This document shows, piece by piece, positions 10,088 to 19,497 of a stretch of 64,000 bases of DNA. The notes beneath the pieces are model-generated. The model was not told the DNA's origin, made no database searches, and was given only the letters and a program-made list of their open reading frames with translations. Position numbers and translations under genes: made by a program. Every line of letters begins with the position of its first letter. Within the stretch, counting starts at the first letter, position 1. The DNA is from a virus (lineage: Duplodnaviria; Caudoviricetes): positions 40,772 to 104,771 of the IMG/VR virus record IMGVR_UViG_3300024058_000001; one strand, given 5' to 3'.

Positions 10088-11733
10088 TATCCAAATGTAT
10101 CCTGTGCGCGTTCTTCTCTACCTGCATTAGTGGCCTCTCGTCTTATATTGTTTAGTTTCGTATTAACAGCAGCCTGTGCTCCCTCTCTAGTTGCTTCTTT
10201 AATATCTTCTGATGATATACTAAGATTTACTATTACATTAGATAAAGGTTTCAATGCTGCTTCGATTGCACCACCTAAAAAATCTCCAATTTCTGATCCA
10301 AGCTTTAATATACCGTCTAATCTTCCTTTAAATTTTGATAAGGATATATCAGCATCAGTAATCGCCCCGTCTACCGCAAGAAATTCGTCAAAGGATTTAG
10401 TAATAAGCTTATTTGATTCTAATTGTTGTTTAATTAAAGCAAAAAAATCTTCTCCAATTTGCTTAATAGCTTCTGTAGCAGTTAAGCCACCTTGTCTAAA
10501 ATCCTTAAATTGTTGTGCGATATCTCCAAATATTCCAGTTATACCATCTGCTCCCTTTTCTCGTTGTAGCTCTTTAAGTCTTTTTTGACGTTCTTTAAAC
10601 GTATCTTCTTCTGTTTCTGTTGTTGCTCTTATTTCATCTCTTATACCCTGTTGAAAAAATCTAAATTGATTGCCGAATTCCAATTGCTCTGCTGTTAATG
10701 TTGAAAGTCCCGCACGTTGAGCTTGTAATAATAGAGCATCTGCTTTTGTAACATCTCTAGCTAATTGTTGACGTTCTATACGGGTTTTCCCTAACCTTAA
10801 TGATTGTAACTCTAATGCTTTATTAAAATCAAATATTTTGCTAGTAGTAGAACCAATAGCATCATCAACATCTTGATTTTTAAATGCATTGACTAAAGCT
10901 TGTGCAATTCCAATAGTACCCTCACCTGAAATAAGTGCTTTTGTTGCTCCTTTTATTGCTCTTGTAAATTTAAGATTAATGACATTTGATGCTATAGCAA
11001 TATCTGTAGTAAACTTATTGAAAGCAAGTCCAGTTTTACCTGTTTCTTTATCTAGTTCGTCTTGAACATTAGCTAAAATTTGTAATTTAGAAGCTAAAGT
11101 GTCAGTTTCATCTGCTGCTGCTCCACCAAATTTTTCCGCTAATTTATCCAGCAATGTACCTTGACGAATTGCTGCCTTGATGTCTGCCCGTCTTAAGTCT
11201 GTTAATTGCAGAAGAACCCGAATATTACCTTTTTGAGCAAGATTTAATATGCGAGTTGTAGTAGTTAAATCTCGACCAGTTGCTGCAGCCACATCTTGTG
11301 CTACAATAACAGTTTTTTGTGCCTTTTCTAAGTCTCTCGTAGATTGCAACGCAATGGTAGTAGCTCGTTGTACATCTTGAACAGAAAATCTAGTGGTACG
11401 GGCCGTTTGTTCCGCACCACGTGTGATTAAAGCAGCACTCTTTTCGCTTTCTTCGCCCACTAATCGTAATTGTGTGCGTAATCGTACAAACGATGCTTCT
11501 GCAGATATTGCTTGTTGATTTGTTTTAGTAAATCCAACAGCAGCTTTTGCAATTGAAGAAACAAGAAAAATACCTGCAGCAATGCCTAGCGTTTGAGCAC
11601 TAAACGCAATAGACGCAAGAACACCCGCAAGCTTTAGCCCTGTGCCAATTACACCTTTAAAACCAGCTTTTGCAGCGTTAAAGCCTGAAGCATCAAATTT
11701 TGATGAAATTCTAAAAAGTAAACTACTAGCCAT
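10087..11733 (-). CDS. Tape measure protein
   Basis: Ala-rich helical protein after the tail chaperones; N-terminal FRISSKFDASGF and AQDVAAATGRDL motifs. Confidence 0.85.
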   Translation of the reverse strand: MASSLLFRISSKFDASGFNAAKAGFKGVIGTGLKLAGVLASIAFSAQTLGIAAGIFLVSSIAKAAVGFTKTNQQAISAEASFVRLRTQLRLVGEESEKSAALITRGAEQTARTTRFSVQDVQRATTIALQSTRDLEKAQKTVIVAQDVAAATGRDLTTTTRILNLAQKGNIRVLLQLTDLRRADIKAAIRQGTLLDKLAEKFGGAAADETDTLASKLQILANVQDELDKETGKTGLAFNKFTTDIAIASNVINLKFTRAIKGATKALISGEGTIGIAQALVNAFKNQDVDDAIGSTTSKIFDFNKALELQSLRLGKTRIERQQLARDVTKADALLLQAQRAGLSTLTAEQLEFGNQFRFFQQGIRDEIRATTETEEDTFKERQKRLKELQREKGADGITGIFGDIAQQFKDFRQGGLTATEAIKQIGEDFFALIKQQLESNKLITKSFDEFLAVDGAITDADISLSKFKGRLDGILKLGSEIGDFLGGAIEAALKPLSNVIVNLSISSEDIKEATREGAQAAVNTKLNNIRREATNAGREERAQDTFG

Positions 11734-11962
11734 TTGCTATCCTGTAAGTGGTTCTTCCTTTTCTTGAATTTGACGGAATATTCTCCATCTGTTTTTCTAC
11801 GGTGCGTACTGCTTCTTTGTTTTGTTCTGCTAACATAGCAGTTAAAACACGCATTTGTTCAGTTGTTAAATCGTCTGTATATTCCGTTTTAAATACTTTG
11901 TATCTATAGGAGTTTGCCACGTGAAACGGAGCTAAAAAGTATGGACTCCTTATTAGTTTTTT
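11726..11962 (-). CDS. Tail assembly chaperone, -1 frameshift extension (gpGT-like)
   Basis: The -1 frame from the slippery site reads KLIRSPYFLAPFHVANSYRYK... with no stop, continuing into ORF 11726-11920. Confidence 0.8.
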   Translation of the reverse strand, partial: KKLIRSPYFLAPFHVANSYRYKVFKTEYTDDLTTEQMRVLTAMLAEQNKEAVRTVEKQMENIPSNSRKGRTTYRIANG

Positions 11963-12519
11963 ACTTCTTCATCCGTTAATACAAAATACTTTTCCCATCT
12001 ATTATACAGATCAAAAATAGTCAATTCATCTATTTGAGCGATTTCTTCTAAAGATTTAAAGTACCGAATCGTTTTATCATTTTTTTGTTTCAAGGCACAA
12101 AAAACCGTCATATATCGTTCTTCAGCAGCTATGCGAATTAATTGCACATCAGGATCAAATTTATATCGACTGAAATGCACAATTGCTTCAGTAATAGCAG
12201 CCTTGACATCATTTAAATCACGCCAAGTCATAGGAAGTAAAATACCTTCTATTTTATCTTTCTCAAATTCTGCTAGTTGTTCTTCAGCAAATTGCTTTTT
12301 TTCGTTAAGGATTTTAATTTGTTTTTCGTCCTTAACTTCGCTTAACTGCTCGTCTATGCGTATAGCATTATCTTGCAATGTTTCGACGGACGATGTATGA
12401 CGGTAAACACTAACCTCCAACGGAGGATTGTTTAATTTTTGATACGCTTTTGTTGCAACCTTCTCTTTAACTAAACTATCTACTAATTTCTTAGAATTAA
12501 CTTTTTCTTCAGTATTCAT
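11953..12519 (-). CDS. Tail assembly chaperone (gpG-like)
   Basis: Lies between tail tube and TMP, has a GGAGG SD and ends in a slippery heptamer. Confidence 0.8.
   Translation of the reverse strand: MNTEEKVNSKKLVDSLVKEKVATKAYQKLNNPPLEVSVYRHTSSVETLQDNAIRIDEQLSEVKDEKQIKILNEKKQFAEEQLAEFEKDKIEGILLPMTWRDLNDVKAAITEAIVHFSRYKFDPDVQLIRIAAEERYMTVFCALKQKNDKTIRYFKSLEEIAQIDELTIFDLYNRWEKYFVLTDEEVKN
11956..11962 (-). promoter_or_regulatory. Programmed -1 ribosomal frameshift heptamer A AAA AAC
   Basis: GTA AAA AAC TAA at the end of the chaperone ORF, between the tail tube and tape measure genes. Confidence 0.85.
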
Positions 12520-12540
12520 TGTAGCCTCCCGATTTATTTT

Positions 12541-12583
12541 GAAGGGGGGAATAGCAAGGCAATTAGCCCTGCTATGCCCCTTC
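12541..12583 (-). terminator. Long stem-loop downstream of the tail tube gene
   Basis: GAAGGGG-C-ATAGCAGGGC-TAATT-GCCTTGCTAT-TCC-CCCCTTC, followed by an A-rich rather than U-rich tract. Confidence 0.6.
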
Positions 12584-12604
12584 AGTATGTATACTGATTA
12601 TTTT

Positions 12605-13366
12605 TTAAGAATCAATATATGTAGTAAAAGCTTCAAAAACGTCATCTGTAGAAAAATCAGCTTCAGGAATTGTAATAGTACTACCTACTAAAGTAGCATT
12701 ATCAAATTTGTCACCATTTTTCAATACAAGAATTAACGCTTTGCCATTTAAATCTGCATCCGCAGCTTCAACAGCCTGTGGAGTATTGTCTGTATCTGCC
12801 TCAAAATTACCTGACACAAGTGCAGCAACTTTATCAGCTTGTGAATTTGAATTGCCTTGAGCAAAAGCACTAGAACCTGATCTCAAAAGTCGACTATATT
12901 CTAAAGCCACACCTTTAAGTCTTAGTACGTTTGTAGACGTACCATCACGGGTAATAGCACCTTCTTCTCTTACAGGTTCACCTGTAGCAGAACCTCTAAT
13001 CCTTGTAAACTTACAAAGAACCGACTGAAAAATAACACTATCAGAAGGTCTACGAATATTTAACATAATCGTAATTTCTTTATAATTAGCAGGATCATCC
13101 ACTGTAGCAACTGCACTTGGATCTAAATCATTAATAGACGTATCCACTAGTTTACTATCAGTATCAAAATAATTAAAACTAATTTCTACGCCATCAAAAT
13201 TTGTCACAATAGCAACTGCTTCGGCTGAATCAAATTCAAAAATTCTTCGTTCATCAAATGCTGGAGTATAGTCAAAATTCTGCGCCAACGGCACACGAAC
13301 TGCACCATGACTCTGACTTACTAATTCCAGCAGTGTATTTGTTCCAACAACTGTTTCAATGCCCAT
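12605..13366 (-). CDS. Major tail tube protein
   Basis: Position between tail terminator and chaperones; strong GGATGGTGA SD; 3' hairpin; acidic beta-rich 253 aa. Confidence 0.75.
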   Translation of the reverse strand: MGIETVVGTNTLLELVSQSHGAVRVPLAQNFDYTPAFDERRIFEFDSAEAVAIVTNFDGVEISFNYFDTDSKLVDTSINDLDPSAVATVDDPANYKEITIMLNIRRPSDSVIFQSVLCKFTRIRGSATGEPVREEGAITRDGTSTNVLRLKGVALEYSRLLRSGSSAFAQGNSNSQADKVAALVSGNFEADTDNTPQAVEAADADLNGKALILVLKNGDKFDNATLVGSTITIPEADFSTDDVFEAFTTYIDS

Positions 13367-13381
13367 TTATTTCACCATCCT

Positions 13382-14014
13382 TTAATTTATCTCTGTATCT
13401 GAGTTTAGATTTTGTGTTACGTTTAACTGTTGACCTAATTCGTTCCAAAACACTCTAATCAGGAGTATGTATCTTTTTACATTTTGGTTTTCTTGATCTA
13501 CAATAAACTTTTCGTTAATTGAGTTACTTTCTTTATCAAGCTCTATAAACCCTATTACGGGTTTATTAGGATTGCTATAATCCCTTAATTGAATTGTCGA
13601 CACATCGGGAGTACTAGTGTGACCAGCATTTGTAAGTGCAAAAATAACTCTATCACGCAAATTTCTTACTACGCGAGTTGAACCTGTAAATGTTTCACTA
13701 TCTTGCGAAATACAGGTTATTTCAATAAGTGTTTGATTACGAACACCAAAAATTGGAGAGCCATCGGGAGAATGACCAATCAATTTATCAAACGCTCGTT
13801 CCCCTAAGTTAAATAATCCTCTTTCTGTTGTGCTAATTGCAGGAAACTGTTGGGGAGCAATTGGATAGTCGAACACCCAAAAAAATTCTTCGCCACTGGG
13901 TAATGGTGGACTACCCAAATGCCCTCCGTCTATATTTTCAATAAGCCAATTGTTAAAAGAGGCCATCAGGTTTTCTTTTCCTGAACTATGTACGAAACCT
14001 TTTGGAACTGGCAT
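13382..14014 (-). CDS. Tail completion/terminator protein
   Basis: Synteny and FPAISTTE motif; ends with one SDAxI-type motif (VTQNLNSDTEIN). Confidence 0.65.
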   Translation of the reverse strand: MPVPKGFVHSSGKENLMASFNNWLIENIDGGHLGSPPLPSGEEFFWVFDYPIAPQQFPAISTTERGLFNLGERAFDKLIGHSPDGSPIFGVRNQTLIEITCISQDSETFTGSTRVVRNLRDRVIFALTNAGHTSTPDVSTIQLRDYSNPNKPVIGFIELDKESNSINEKFIVDQENQNVKRYILLIRVFWNELGQQLNVTQNLNSDTEIN

Positions 14015-14625
14015 TATATGTCAATCTCCGTAACCTTTGGAGGGCGCACAACTTTTCCCTCTTTTTCCATCTTCTTTAACCATTCTCCATAAAATTTAGT
14101 AAACCATAATTCCCCTGCATAACGTGCTCTTGTAGTAAAATGTACACCTTTACCAAAATCCATTGCATCTTTATATGGTACTTGATTATCAACTGCTATC
14201 TCTTGTACTGCAGGAGTTTTATCTTCTGCAACACTAGATGCTTTCCCTTCTGCAACCGAACTTGCACTAAAATGATATTCTTTATGATAAGGAGTTTTAT
14301 TGGATTTTTTAAATGGATCATATAACGATGTATCTTTAATTTGTCTACTATAATCTATTGTGTATTTATCTAAAATAGCAGTCCAACCACCGCGCAATTT
14401 TCCTGTATCCATAGGAGTTACTCTTATTAAATATTTATGTATTTCAAATACTAAATTTCTGTATAATTCTAAATTATATTTAGAAAATCTTTTAATAGAT
14501 TTTTCAATTTCTTTTGTTTCTTTAATGTTCTCTATAGTAAGAGTAACTTTAAGGGGGCCACTTCTTTGTCTAGAACGTTGTTCCGCTTCTGATTTTATAT
14601 TTACACCAAAAACTGTTTCACCCAT
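14014..14625 (-). CDS. HK97 gp10-like neck protein
   Basis: TPMDTGKLRGGW motif; synteny. Confidence 0.75.
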   Translation of the reverse strand: MGETVFGVNIKSEAEQRSRQRSGPLKVTLTIENIKETKEIEKSIKRFSKYNLELYRNLVFEIHKYLIRVTPMDTGKLRGGWTAILDKYTIDYSRQIKDTSLYDPFKKSNKTPYHKEYHFSASSVAEGKASSVAEDKTPAVQEIAVDNQVPYKDAMDFGKGVHFTTRARYAGELWFTKFYGEWLKKMEKEGKVVRPPKVTEIDI

Positions 14626-15056
14626 TATGCATTCCCCACTTTTCTAAATATATATCCAAATAAAACTTCTTTACCTATAATTGAATGAGTATGAGATTTA
14701 CCTACTATACGATATTCATGCTTTTCATAAATAATTCTATCGCCTTCACTTTGCCCGCCAATTTGCTCAGTAGTATCTATAATATTAAGTTTTTCTGTAA
14801 GAGTAACAGAAATATCGCCTAATTGATAAAGTCCACCAGAATATAATACATCTTGTTGACTAACACTATTAATAACTGCTTTTGCAGGTTTTCTACTAAA
14901 TCCTAGCTTGGGTTGTATTCCTCTTGCAGGATCGCCTGGATCAGCTATACCAGTAAACTTTTTAATGATAATAGGCTCTCCATAAGGTACATTAGTACTT
15001 GCTAATGCATCATCAATAAATTTCCTATCTTTATCACTAAACTGTTCACCAGCCAT
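14625..15056 (-). CDS. Head closure (stopper) protein
   Basis: GDRIIYEKHEYRIV motif, size and synteny. Confidence 0.7.
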   Translation of the reverse strand: MAGEQFSDKDRKFIDDALASTNVPYGEPIIIKKFTGIADPGDPARGIQPKLGFSRKPAKAVINSVSQQDVLYSGGLYQLGDISVTLTEKLNIIDTTEQIGGQSEGDRIIYEKHEYRIVGKSHTHSIIGKEVLFGYIFRKVGNA

Positions 15057-15058
15057 AT

Positions 15059-15829
15059 TTAAACCTTCTCATCTGTTTCAGGTTGTTGATATTCTTCTTC
15101 TTCTTTTTTTTCTTCTTTTTTTGGTTCTTTAGGATCGTTTTTTCTAATTTCATCTTTCCTTGTAAGCATAGTTTTTTTAGTCTCCCTAATTTTTTGTTCT
15201 AATGCAACTCTATCTCCGCCAGTAGTTTTTAATCTTTCATTAGATAACATTTCTTGTTCTTCTGCATATTTACTGGATATAGCTGACGATTTAATAGCAT
15301 TTCCATCATATTGATAATTGCAACAATTATTCCAATCAACATCATCTGTAATAATTTTGCAAGTACTTGGTTGTTGAAATCTTATACAACGTATGCATCC
15401 AAAACCTTCATCTCTCTCATCGTATCCAGCTTCTTCTTTTAATAATCTAAAAGGATTTGTTTGACTAGGTTTTGCATTTGGCCCCGTCATACGTAATTGA
15501 CAAGTACCTTCTGGTTCTATATGTCCTAGAACATTAGTGCATTCGCCTGTTTCTGGAATGTACATACTACAAGTTACACATTGATATTTTCCTTCTATAT
15601 CATCTGTAACTAAGACAACCATTTTGCCATCGCCTAACATAATATTTCTTTTTTCAATTGCTTTTTCAAACTCTTCTTTTAAAATAGATACTGATTCATT
15701 CTTAACAAACAAATGGACAAATCTTCTACCACCATCTGTTACTGTTGTACCTTTTCTAATTGTGTTTAATTGTTCTTCCGTAACATCAATACGATAACCT
15801 TTAATTATAACTGAATATATTTTGCTCAT
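15059..15829 (-). CDS. Protein with a shared N-terminal leader domain and two HiPIP-like Cys4 modules
   Basis: C-x2-C-x9-C-x12-C and C-x2-C-x8-C-x12-C; the first ~60 aa are similar to the N-terminus of ORF 37043-39343. Confidence 0.6.
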   Translation of the reverse strand: MSKIYSVIIKGYRIDVTEEQLNTIRKGTTVTDGGRRFVHLFVKNESVSILKEEFEKAIEKRNIMLGDGKMVVLVTDDIEGKYQCVTCSMYIPETGECTNVLGHIEPEGTCQLRMTGPNAKPSQTNPFRLLKEEAGYDERDEGFGCIRCIRFQQPSTCKIITDDVDWNNCCNYQYDGNAIKSSAISSKYAEEQEMLSNERLKTTGGDRVALEQKIRETKKTMLTRKDEIRKNDPKEPKKEEKKEEEEYQQPETDEKV

Positions 15830-16575
15830 TAGCTTATCTCCGCATCAGATAATATTGCTTGAATAGTTTGTTCACCTATAAATGCATCGTTTGATATTGT
15901 TTCAATATTTATTATCTTAGGTAAAATTCGATTAGTCTTATTGTAATGCCGAAGCATTTGTAAATCAGATAATAATTGTGCTTCATTATCTTGAATTATT
16001 TGATTTGTTTGACTAACAATATTAGATTTATTAATTGTACGTCCACCAACACTTACACTAAAGAAATCTTTTGATTCTAAAATTAAAGCTCTTAGTACAT
16101 TAGTATAAAAACGTTTACAAATAGCAGGTCTATAATCTTCAGGAATATTATCTTGATCAACAGGTCTATATATTAAAACTGATATTTCACTAGCAGAATG
16201 ACTAGCTATTTGGAATAACTGTGGATCAGTAAAAGGAAAGAATGTATATGTTGCTATCAAGGATTCATCGGTAGTTAGTGGAGTAAGTAATACAACACGT
16301 CCACCAATAAAATCAATAATATAATCATCTGTTTCAAATAGCAATTCTGATACACCAGTAATATTATTAAGTTTCTTTATCTTTGGTTTGGGAACAGCTT
16401 GCCAGTTACCGTTCTTTGCATCAAAAACACCATTAGATGAATCAAACGGACATAATTCTTCGTCCACTACGCTACATAACAGTTTAGTTAATAGCACATC
16501 TTTACACAATTGTGTAATCTCTGTTATATCATCAGGAATTGCTATTGATGGATCTAAAAAGATAACGTCAGACAT
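15829..16575 (-). CDS. Head-tail adaptor-like protein with two C-terminal SDAxI repeats
   Basis: Near the stopper gene; FFSVSVGGRTINKS beta-hairpin typical of adaptors; inserted DYIIDFIGGRV beta domain. Confidence 0.55.
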   Translation of the reverse strand: MSDVIFLDPSIAIPDDITEITQLCKDVLLTKLLCSVVDEELCPFDSSNGVFDAKNGNWQAVPKPKIKKLNNITGVSELLFETDDYIIDFIGGRVVLLTPLTTDESLIATYTFFPFTDPQLFQIASHSASEISVLIYRPVDQDNIPEDYRPAICKRFYTNVLRALILESKDFFSVSVGGRTINKSNIVSQTNQIIQDNEAQLLSDLQMLRHYNKTNRILPKIINIETISNDAFIGEQTIQAILSDAEIS

Positions 16576-16585
16576 TTGTTACTCC

Positions 16586-17167
16586 TTAATTTCCTATGAC
16601 GTTGTGTGTTCCGTTAGCGAACACCACAAGATCATGTGTTTCTCTAATAATACCTGTCTTAAAAAATTCTATTAAATACAATGCAGCATCTAAAAACACA
16701 GTTGCATTCCCTGAAGCATCTGTTTGTGCAACAGCAATAGCAACTGCAGGATTGGATTTGTCAAATATTCTAATTTGAGCATTGGGAATAGGAACAAGTG
16801 TAACTGAATTCTTTACAGTTACTGTAACTGCAAATGCTCCAGAACCTGTCGTACCATCAACTGGCACAACTCTGTATTCTTCTGTTGCCACAGTTGGAAT
16901 TCCATCTATAGTAGTATTAAACGTAGTTAAATATTTTGTAAAAGATGCATTAGATGCAATAGGAAATTTAAAAAACCACCTGTTAGTGGCACCAATTCTA
17001 GTCATAGCAGTTGATGCTAAATCTTCTTCTTCAGGCCCCCCATTAATATGAGAGATCCTAACAGTAGGCGTAGTATAATCTGCAGGAAATGTTGGTTCAC
17101 TTCCTGACAGTCTTAGCACTGTTAAGAGTATAGTATTTTCTTGACTTTGATTAAATTCAAATCCCAT
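16586..17167 (-). CDS. Ig-like virion protein (carboxypeptidase-regulatory-like domain)
   Basis: PIPNAQIRI...TDASGNATVFLDAALY pattern. Confidence 0.6.
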   Translation of the reverse strand: MGFEFNQSQENTILLTVLRLSGSEPTFPADYTTPTVRISHINGGPEEEDLASTAMTRIGATNRWFFKFPIASNASFTKYLTTFNTTIDGIPTVATEEYRVVPVDGTTGSGAFAVTVTVKNSVTLVPIPNAQIRIFDKSNPAVAIAVAQTDASGNATVFLDAALYLIEFFKTGIIRETHDLVVFANGTHNVIGN

Positions 17168-17189
17168 TAGTTATCACCTTTACTTTATT

Positions 17190-17621
17190 TTAGACTATTT
17201 CTGCTCCAGCTTGAATAAACTTAAATTTGCTAATATCATCTAGTACACATTGATGCTTGATCAAATCAGCAAGGGTAGTTGCGTCTATAACACCCTGTTT
17301 TGCTTCGTTAACGTATTGCTCTGTTAAATCTTTAGCAATTTTTACAGGATTAGGTGCATTAGTATCAACCCATACAATTTCTTTTGATCCATCGTTCTTC
17401 TGTCTCCATTGTTCTCTATCTGTTCGATCTGTGGGGATATCGGCTAATTCCACATCTTCATATGGTAAATCCTTTTGGGGAGTACCGTCAATAGGATGAT
17501 TTAACTTAGCTGTTTGTCTAGTCATTAAATCTGCATCAGTTTCTCCTGGTAGTCTAGCTTTCTCTGCAAATTGGGTAATTAGCACTGATCCATCTGGTTT
17601 TTTAAATATGCGTATTTTCAT
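17190..17621 (-). CDS. Fibre-associated / fibre assembly-like protein
   Basis: Directly downstream of a fibre gene; DIPTDRTDREQW motif. Confidence 0.45.
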   Translation of the reverse strand: MKIRIFKKPDGSVLITQFAEKARLPGETDADLMTRQTAKLNHPIDGTPQKDLPYEDVELADIPTDRTDREQWRQKNDGSKEIVWVDTNAPNPVKIAKDLTEQYVNEAKQGVIDATTLADLIKHQCVLDDISKFKFIQAGAEIV

Positions 17622-17643
17622 AAATACTCCTTTTTAATGTTTA

Positions 17644-18975
17644 TTAATGATTTCCTACAGCCATTACACCAACGTTATCTCTGTCTGATTCACTACCATT
17701 ATTGTCACGAATTGAAACATCTACACTATCTGTAAATATGCCAAACCCTCCGGTACTATCAATAGTAACATAACCAACAGCCTTTCCTGTTCCAGCTATT
17801 ACGTAATTTGCATCAGCAAAATCAATGTCCCAGTTTATTGTAGCTTCCCCTGTTCCTCTGTCCGTTATACTAGATACATTATAACTATCTACTAAAGTTG
17901 CTGTACCTGATGCTTGATCGTAATGAATCCATCCTTGTATTAACTGCTTTGCAACTGATTCATATGGATGTTGTGCATACGATATTGCTGTATCACCGTC
18001 TACTATACACATACCATCAAAGTAAACAGTTGTAGTATTTCCATCATTTGTCAATCGTAGGTTTATATTCGTCGCAGATGCATCAATAGTACGTGTCACA
18101 GAAATAAATTCCCATGCACCGCCACCAGTATGATACGGAGAATTTGAACTTCCTCCACTATCACCTAATAATAAACGTCCTGCATTTGCAGCAGTTGCTC
18201 TTATCCAACACGAAAAAGTTAGATCACGACCTCTGAAAATCGTGTTCTCCGAAGTAGTAATAACGGGTATAAAAAAACGACTTAGAGAGTTCCCACTTGC
18301 ATCTGATAGCAACGCAAGAGAAAATTCACCAAATAGAACATTCCCTGCACCAGATTCCTGAGAAACTGATCCACCATCAAGCAACGTCCACGCATTAAGC
18401 GCATCTGGTGGAACACTTGTCCCATTTCCCCATTGACTGAAATTTCCGTTTTCTATTAAATTTGTAAATTGTTGGGTTTCTCCACCTGATAATCCCGCAG
18501 CAGGTGCATCTTTAAATATTGCATTACCTGTGCCAGTGTCTTTTGTTAATATTTGTTCATTAGTAGCACCAGCTACATCTGTAATCTTATTTACTGCTGT
18601 TTGTCTAGCATCGTTTATCCAAACTGATCCGTTAAATCTTAAGAAATCATCAGTAGTAACGGATGTTAGAGTAACATCAGATAAGTCATTAAATGCTGAC
18701 GCACCTGATACATCAATAGTAACTACACCTCCACCATCATCTGTTAGCTTTCCGTTTGTAACATTAATTGTAGTGACATTCGATACATTTGGTGCGCCGT
18801 CTGTCTCTTTAACTGTTAATGGTGTTCCAGTAAGATCAAGTGATACTTGTCCCCCACTTTGATCCGTAAGCTTCCCGTTAGTTACACGAATAACCGAAAC
18901 ATTGCTTACTACAGGACTGCCATCTTCTTCTCTTACTGTAACAAATTGTGTTGAACCTGTAAAACCTTGTGACAT
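17644..18975 (-). CDS. Fibre protein with a carbohydrate-binding-like domain
   Basis: Duplicated ~41-aa N-terminal unit (TVxExDGxPxVSNVxxIxVTNGKLTDxxGG); LSDV fibre motif; NLIENGNFSQW CBM-like domain; C-terminal SYNVSSITDRGTG fibre-tip domain. Confidence 0.7.
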   Translation of the reverse strand: MSQGFTGSTQFVTVREEDGSPVVSNVSVIRVTNGKLTDQSGGQVSLDLTGTPLTVKETDGAPNVSNVTTINVTNGKLTDDGGGVVTIDVSGASAFNDLSDVTLTSVTTDDFLRFNGSVWINDARQTAVNKITDVAGATNEQILTKDTGTGNAIFKDAPAAGLSGGETQQFTNLIENGNFSQWGNGTSVPPDALNAWTLLDGGSVSQESGAGNVLFGEFSLALLSDASGNSLSRFFIPVITTSENTIFRGRDLTFSCWIRATAANAGRLLLGDSGGSSNSPYHTGGGAWEFISVTRTIDASATNINLRLTNDGNTTTVYFDGMCIVDGDTAISYAQHPYESVAKQLIQGWIHYDQASGTATLVDSYNVSSITDRGTGEATINWDIDFADANYVIAGTGKAVGYVTIDSTGGFGIFTDSVDVSIRDNNGSESDRDNVGVMAVGNH

Positions 18976-18996
18976 GATTTATCTCTCCAATTTTGT

Positions 18997-19152
18997 CTAT
19001 TTATTAAGACCTAGAATTTTTTCAAGAATTTCCAAACGAGCACGTATATCTTGACTTAAATCTGAATTTTTATCAATAACATCATATGCAATTTGAGCTT
19101 CAGTTTGAATTTGTTGTATTGTTTTTTTATTTGTAATCTTTTTAATAGTCAT
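18997..19152 (-). CDS. Small coiled-coil protein (51 aa, not in the ORF track)
   Basis: MTIKKITNKK...RARLEILEKILGLNK; GGAG SD; fills the intergenic gap. Confidence 0.6.
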   Translation of the reverse strand: MTIKKITNKKTIQQIQTEAQIAYDVIDKNSDLSQDIRARLEILEKILGLNK

Positions 19153-19166
19153 AATTATACTCCAGT

Positions 19167-19496
19167 TTAAGTAACTTCTACTCCAAATAAATTAAAAGAT
19201 AGAGTAGCCAAAGTTGCTAATACTCTAACAACATCGGTTGCTGCCAAAGTAATTCCTAATGTAGCAGTAAACGTCTCATTACCAGGAATTGCAATATCGT
19301 AATAAATATACTGTTCATCTGAATCTACTGCTCCAGCAACTGCTATAGAAATTCTAAAAGACGTAGCAGTAGAACTACGATTTGCAACTGTTATTGAACT
19401 TCCTGTAACAGATGTACTACCAGGCACTGTATAAATATCTGTAAGCGTAGCTGCCAAAGGGTTTGATTGTCCTAAAACTTTAAGTGTGTCAGCCAT
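19167..19496 (-). CDS. Small beta-sandwich virion structural protein
   Basis: TDIYTVP...ITVANR...FNLFGVEVT pattern typical of phage fibre clusters. Confidence 0.6.
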   Translation of the reverse strand: MADTLKVLGQSNPLAATLTDIYTVPGSTSVTGSSITVANRSSTATSFRISIAVAGAVDSDEQYIYYDIAIPGNETFTATLGITLAATDVVRVLATLATLSFNLFGVEVT

Positions 19497-19497
19497 A

